A stretch of DNA of 64,000 bases from Vicugna vicugna (taxonomy: Eukaryota). The stretch is from the NCBI GenBank assembly GCA_013265495.1, contig MU058198.1, positions 5,533,779 to 5,597,778 of the forward strand, in the 5' to 3' direction. The position numbers and the translations under genes were made by a program. Below the pieces are notes generated by a model, which did no database searches, was not told the origin of the DNA, and saw nothing but the letters and a program-made list of their open reading frames with translations. Below, piece after piece: positions 62,323 through 64,000 of the stretch. Each line of letters opens with the position of its first letter. Positions within the stretch are counted from its first letter, which is position 1.

Positions 62323-63214
62323 TTCTTCCTTTCTTAATGGAGGTGCCGGGGATTGAACCCAGGACGTTGTACATGTTAAGCAGGAGCTCTGCCACGGAGC
62401 TCAGTGTATAGTTCTTCATACTCAACTCTCTCTGTTAAAACAACTGGTGTAGTTTCTATCCCTTGACTGGATCCTTACTGACTTAGCACCTGTACAGCAA
62501 ACCTTGACTGCAAAGAAGGAAACGTTCTTTCTCTTTTTCTTTCGAAATTGCCTTGGGTCTTCTTGGCCCTTACTTTCCCACATTGTATAGTCCGTCTCGG
62601 GAAGTTCCACCAAAATAATAAATCTTAATATTAAGCATTTGGATTTTTAAATAGCAATTGCATAAATTTATAGTTAAATGTGTGAAGAACTGACATCTTA
62701 ACTGAGGTTCCTCTGATCCGTGAACACAGCATGATTTTCCCATTTCTTTAGGTCTCACATGTTTTACAGGAGGATATTATATTTTTCTCCACATAGTTTA
62801 CGTATGTTTTCTGCTAGATATATTCCTGATTAAATACTACGGGTTTGTTGCTACGGTACGTTGAATCATTTTTAATTATTGCTTTTAATTGTTTCTGGTT
62901 GGTTTTTAAGAACACAATTGATTTTTTTTTCAGTATACTGATCAACTCACTGAACTCTTGGGTTTGTTATTAATATGATTGCATACTCTGTAGAATTTCT
63001 CTGTGTAATCATATTAACTGTGAATAATGAAAGCCTCATTCCTTTCTTTGCAACGGTCATACTTTTATTTCTTTGGGTGACATGTGCAGATACGGGTGTA
63101 TGCATCTTGTTACACTATCACTGTGCCTTCAGTTCAGTATTGAATAGAAGCACTTCCTTCCTTTTCTGGCCAAGAAGGAGTTTCAGGAAGTGGATTTACC
63201 CTTTCACCTGAAAC

Positions 63215-63705
63215 ATCTAAAAAAATCGTTTAAAAATTTATGGCACAATGGTTCTCAAGATATTGGAATCAAGCAAAGAAGATGAGTGACCTATGAGAGA
63301 TGGGAAACAAACAAGGTGAACTCAGCGACTGCCCCAGGCACTGCCCAGAGAACGTTTGCAGGCTGCAGCATGAGGGAGGCGACCCCAGGCAGAGTGAGGT
63401 CCACCCGAGGTAAGGAGATGGAGCTGAGAGACCAGGAAGGCCAAGGTGGTTGGAGTTCACAGGGCTATTCAGAGATCTTCAGAGATCTGCAGAAGGTCCC
63501 TACTGAGTCTTCAGCCGAGTACTGATCAGCTCATGAATGTGACAAACTACCACCTCCTATCTCAAAGTTAGGTAAAGAACCACCATAAAGGATTAAGGGT
63601 TAGTCAAGACCAGGAAATAATGCCTAACCTCACCAGTCACAGTGCAAAACCTTGCAATTCACAGAGCACTGGGTAGAGCATTAGAAGGATTTTTGCCTCA
63701 GTAGT
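63215..63705 (+). mobile_element. L1MD-type 5' region fragment
   Basis: 'acaatggttctcaagatattgg...gagagatgggaaacaaacaaggtga...gagtcttcagccgagtactgatcagc'. Confidence 0.7.
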
Positions 63706-64000
63706 TGTGGTATATTTACCCAATGGAATACTACTCAGTGATAAAAAAGAATAAAATAATGCCATTTGCAGCAACACGGATGGATCTGGAGATTATCATT
63801 CTAAGTGAAGTAAGTCAGAAAGATAAAGAAAAATATCATATGATTTTAAAAATTAAATAAAATAGCACTAATGAATTCATCTACAAAACAGAAACAGACT
63901 TGCAGACACAGTAAACAATTGTATGATTACTGGGGAAAGGAGGTGGGAAGGGATAAATTTGGGGGTTTGAGATTTCCAAAGCTTAACTGCTATATATAAA
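63706..64000 (+). mobile_element. Cetartiodactyl-type L1 3' end (runs off the window)
   Basis: 'caatggaatactactcag...gccatttgcagcaacacggatggatctggagattatcattctaagtgaagtaagtcag'. Confidence 0.9.

Larger units (their letters stand above)
61699..62406 (-). mobile_element. Vic-1-type SINE split by an L1
   Basis: Head 62336-62402 ('ggaggtgccggggattgaacccaggac'); tail 61699-61735 ('ggggaggtaattaggttt'); TSD ta(c/t)agttctt at 61689-61698 and 62407-62416. Confidence 0.85.
61520..62482 (+). mobile_element. LTR33/LTR16-like ERVL LTR split by SINE + L1
   Basis: 'cccagagttagtaggtatttcctgcagttgc' and 3' end 'aactggtgtagtttctatcccttgactggatccttactgac'. Confidence 0.55.
61010..63200 (-). mobile_element. 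Old L1ME-type host fragments (61010-61520 and 62520-63200)
   Basis: 'ttcattcatttaaactg...gaataagccacaatttattt', 'tttccattt' -like L1 antisense text and 'ttcagtattgaatagaag'. Confidence 0.65.

Overview
This is mammalian non-coding DNA, almost certainly camelid (alpaca/camel), judged from four tRNA-derived Vic-1-type SINEs and young cetartiodactyl-type L1 3' ends. I find no credible protein-coding gene, RNA gene or CRISPR array. The only ORFs that resemble known proteins are broken LINE-1 ORF2 fragments. The window looks like a gene desert or very large intron with dense transposable elements: a near full-length ~7 kb L1MC-type LINE at 19.9-26.9 kb, further L1 fragments, many L2 and MIR copies, MLT1, MER21, MER110, LTR33 and MER41-like solo LTRs, and hAT and Tigger MITEs. 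Between the repeats lie several unique islands rich in homeobox, Pbx-Meis, TCF and forkhead motifs that look like developmental enhancers (about 5.3, 16.1, 29.2, 43.0, 52.0-53.3 and 57.2 kb). The most striking structures are a four-level nested insertion at 61-63 kb whose youngest layer is an apparently 5'-inverted (twin-primed) L1 inside a SINE; SINE tails with AATAAA plus a T-run; CpG bursts inside old repeats; a divergent pair of CTCF-like motifs; and a near-perfect 136 bp tandem duplication. I did not find a new multi-gene biological system. Repeat family names come from my recall of consensus sequences and need RepeatMasker/Dfam confirmation; most boundaries are approximate.
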